NCBI GenBank assembly: GCA_002269645.1
Contig: NIVC01000551.1
Span: 477,287 to 541,286, forward strand
Source: Macrostomum lignano
Lineage: Eukaryota
Direction: 5' to 3'
DNA: 64,000 nucleotides
Positions 61,632 to 64,000 of the stretch are shown here, piece after piece (position 1 is the stretch's first letter; every line of letters starts with the position of its first letter). The notes beneath the pieces are model-generated. The model saw only the letters and a list, made by a program, of their open reading frames with translations. It did not search any database and had not been told where the DNA came from. The translations under genes were made by a program, and so were the position numbers.

Positions 61632-62081
61632 TCAACAAGCTCCGTGGTGATAGCTTTTGACGCCGTGGCACAGAGCATGACAGAAATTCCTGTAGGTCTT
61701 CCCGTTTGCGCACACTGGCCGCAACCAGTTCGAGCAGGAGGCGCAGCCGGTCTTGCCGGAGTCGGAGCACCGTCCCGGCGTGGTTTCCGTGGCGCCGGCG
61801 CATTTGGCGTAACAAGCGTTGCGATAGGTCCTGCCAGAGCTAGATGAGCACACCGGATTTGAGCCGGGCGGGCACAGACAGAGGCAGCGACCGCGAACGA
61901 ACTTAACAGAGCCGGAGCAACGAGCCAAGCAGGCGTTGCGGAAGGTGCGTCCGCTGGCGCACACTGGACGGTAACGTCTGGTGCAGCGATTGCAGTGACC
62001 GGCCGAGGCGCAGTCGTGCTGCTGCAGCACCAGAGCCAGCAGCAGAGCTAGCAACAGCAAAGACGCTTGGCTGAACTTCAT
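61632..62081 (-). CDS. Secreted three-domain Kazal-type protease inhibitor (149 aa, single coding exon)
   Basis: Signal peptide MKFSQASLLLLALLLALVL; three units of PVC...T(F/Y)RNxC..xC...GxC. Confidence 0.92.
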   Translation of the reverse strand: MKFSQASLLLLALLLALVLQQHDCASAGHCNRCTRRYRPVCASGRTFRNACLARCSGSVKFVRGRCLCLCPPGSNPVCSSSSGRTYRNACYAKCAGATETTPGRCSDSGKTGCASCSNWLRPVCANGKTYRNFCHALCHGVKSYHHGAC

Positions 62082-62597
62082 AGTTGCTTCAATGTTAAAT
62101 AGATTTAATGGCTTGTTATAAAATTTGTTTATGCAGGCACTGAGCTAGTAAATGAGATATTATATATCCACGAGAAAGTATTCAGCTTTCAAGCAGGTGA
62201 AAGAGACACAGTAGATCGTGTACGAGCTGGTTTAATTGTCAAGAGCCCAATTCAGCAAGCCCTTTACCAGGTACGATTGTGTACTCGCTTGCCGTGCCTG
62301 CCTGTTCGGTCTTGACGGCAGTCTTGGAGAATAATGTAAGCTTCGTTGCTTTTTAAGTCCATTGTGTGTGATACGAATGGTGCGTGCGTGCTTTAGGGGC
62401 ACGAGTTGCATCTTGCAGGTAACTTGGCACTTTGTTCTGAGTCACTTTGTCTAAACCAGTTTTTTCGCTAGGAATTTGCTATTCAGTATTCGTTTTTAAA
62501 TATTAATTTTATTTAAACAAAACAGACAAACAAGCCAACTTCGTTTACATGTACACCAGAAGCTCTCGACACCTTGCAAACTAAGAGCTATATGGCT

Positions 62598-63630
62598 TCT
62601 CTTCCATTCACTTCGCTCTCTCCATTCACTTCCCTCTCTCCCATTCACTTCCCTCTCTCCCATTCACTTCCCTCTCTTCCATTCACTTCCCTCTCTCCAT
62701 TCACTTCCCTCTCTCCCATTCACTTCCCTCTCTTCCATTCACTTCCCTCTCTCCCATTCACTTCCCTCTCTCCATTCACTTCCCTCTCTCCCATTCACTT
62801 CCCTCTCTCTATTCACTTCCCTCTCTTCCATTCACTTCCCTCTCTCCCATTCACTTCCCTCTCTTTATTCACTTCCCTCTCTCCCATTCACTTCCTCTCT
62901 TTATTCACTTCCCTCTCTTCCATTCACTTCCCTCTCTCCCATTCACTTCCCTCTCTCTATTCACTTCCCTCTCTCCCATTCACTTCCCTCTCTCCCATTC
63001 ACTTCCCTCTCTCTATTTACTTCCCTCTCTCCCATCCACTTCACTCTCTCTATTCACTTCCCTCTCTTTATTCACTTCCCTCTCTCCCATTCACTTCCCT
63101 CTCTCTATTCACTTCCCTCTCTCTATTCACTTCCCTCTCTTCCATTCACTTCCCTCTCTCCCATTCACTTCCCTCTCTCTATTTACTTCCCTCTCTCCCA
63201 TCCACTTCACTCTCTTTATTCACTTCCCTCTCTCCCATTCACTCCCCTCTCTCCATTCACTTCCCTCTCTCCATTCACTTCCCTCTCTCCCATTCACTTT
63301 CCTCTCTCCATTCACTTCCCTCTCTCCCATTCACTTTCCTCTCTCCATTCACTTCCCTCTCTCCCATTCACTTTCCTCTCTCCCATTCACTTTCCTCTCT
63401 CCATTCACTTCCCTCTCTCCCATTCACTTTCCTCTCTCCCATTCACTTCCCTCTCTCCCATTCACTTTCCTCTCTCCATTCACTCCCCTATCTCCTCCAT
63501 TCACTTCCCTCTCTCCCATCCACTCCCCTATCTCTCCCATCCACTCCTCTCTCTCTCTCTCCATTCACTTCCCTCTCTACCATCCACTCCTCTCTCTCTC
63601 TCCCATTCACCCCTCTTTCCCATTAACTAC
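62598..63630. repeat. 18-19-bp pyrimidine-rich minisatellite (CCATTCACTTCCCTCTCT)
   Basis: Read directly. Confidence 0.95.
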
Positions 63631-64000
63631 CCTCTCCCATTTGGTGTCAAAGCACTGAACTACAAGCAGGTGCACAGAATATATACTGCAATGCAATGGC
63701 GGCATCTAAAAAATTACGAGCGCTACTATAAAACTGCACACGTAAAAGCCTGGCGTGACGACTGTCAGGCTGTCAGGCTGTCAGGCGTGACGACTGTCTC
63801 AATAGTAGCTGAGAAGCAGCAGGGCAACTAAACCTTGAGTTGATTTTCCACTACATAACCTGTATATATACCTCTCCTTTGTAGTAGCTTCACTATTGGA
63901 GAGCTTATAGGAAAAGGTTCCCTCAGAGCGATGAATAGTCAATGATCTCGCGTAGCAAGGGTTCGCATTGGGTAGCAGAAAAAAACTGTATAGAAAATTC

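Noticed and set aside
62574-63626. 350-aa SLPFTSLSP ORF
   Set aside because: Translation of the pyrimidine-rich minisatellite.

Overview
This is eukaryotic (metazoan) genomic DNA. It has GT-AG introns, GC-rich exons with polyQ/polyA tracts, and introns full of minisatellites. The style suggests a free-living flatworm such as Macrostomum, but that is inference and was not searched. In order, the window contains: (1) a tandem pair of single-pass FN3-repeat receptors with receptor-PTP-like ectodomains, no phosphatase domain, and a short tail with two conserved Tyr motifs. The complete copy (2644-15858, about 1239 aa) carries four homologous phase-1 cassette exons, a truncated fifth copy, a Ty1/copia remnant, and two exons each flanked by complementary minisatellites of equal period. 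(2) An unassigned His/Gln/Ala-rich ORF (19658-20713). (3) A frameshifted Mag-type Ty3/gypsy element (25387-29162) with a 5-bp TSD and unequal LTRs. (4) A 4-exon, about 1027-aa coiled-coil gene with DFPDPPLP repeats. (5) An ADISSP/C20orf27 homolog on the minus strand, next to a 4-kb CpG desert. (6) A segmental duplication carrying two secreted PAN/apple plus TSP1-repeat genes. Their first intron is a tandem amplification of its own 5' splice site, and their C-termini have diverged rapidly. (7) A convergent pair of secreted three-domain Kazal inhibitor genes. MITEs, a piggyBac fragment, SINE remnants and many satellites are also present. All gene models were built by hand from splice signals and frame/phase consistency, and no database searches were run.
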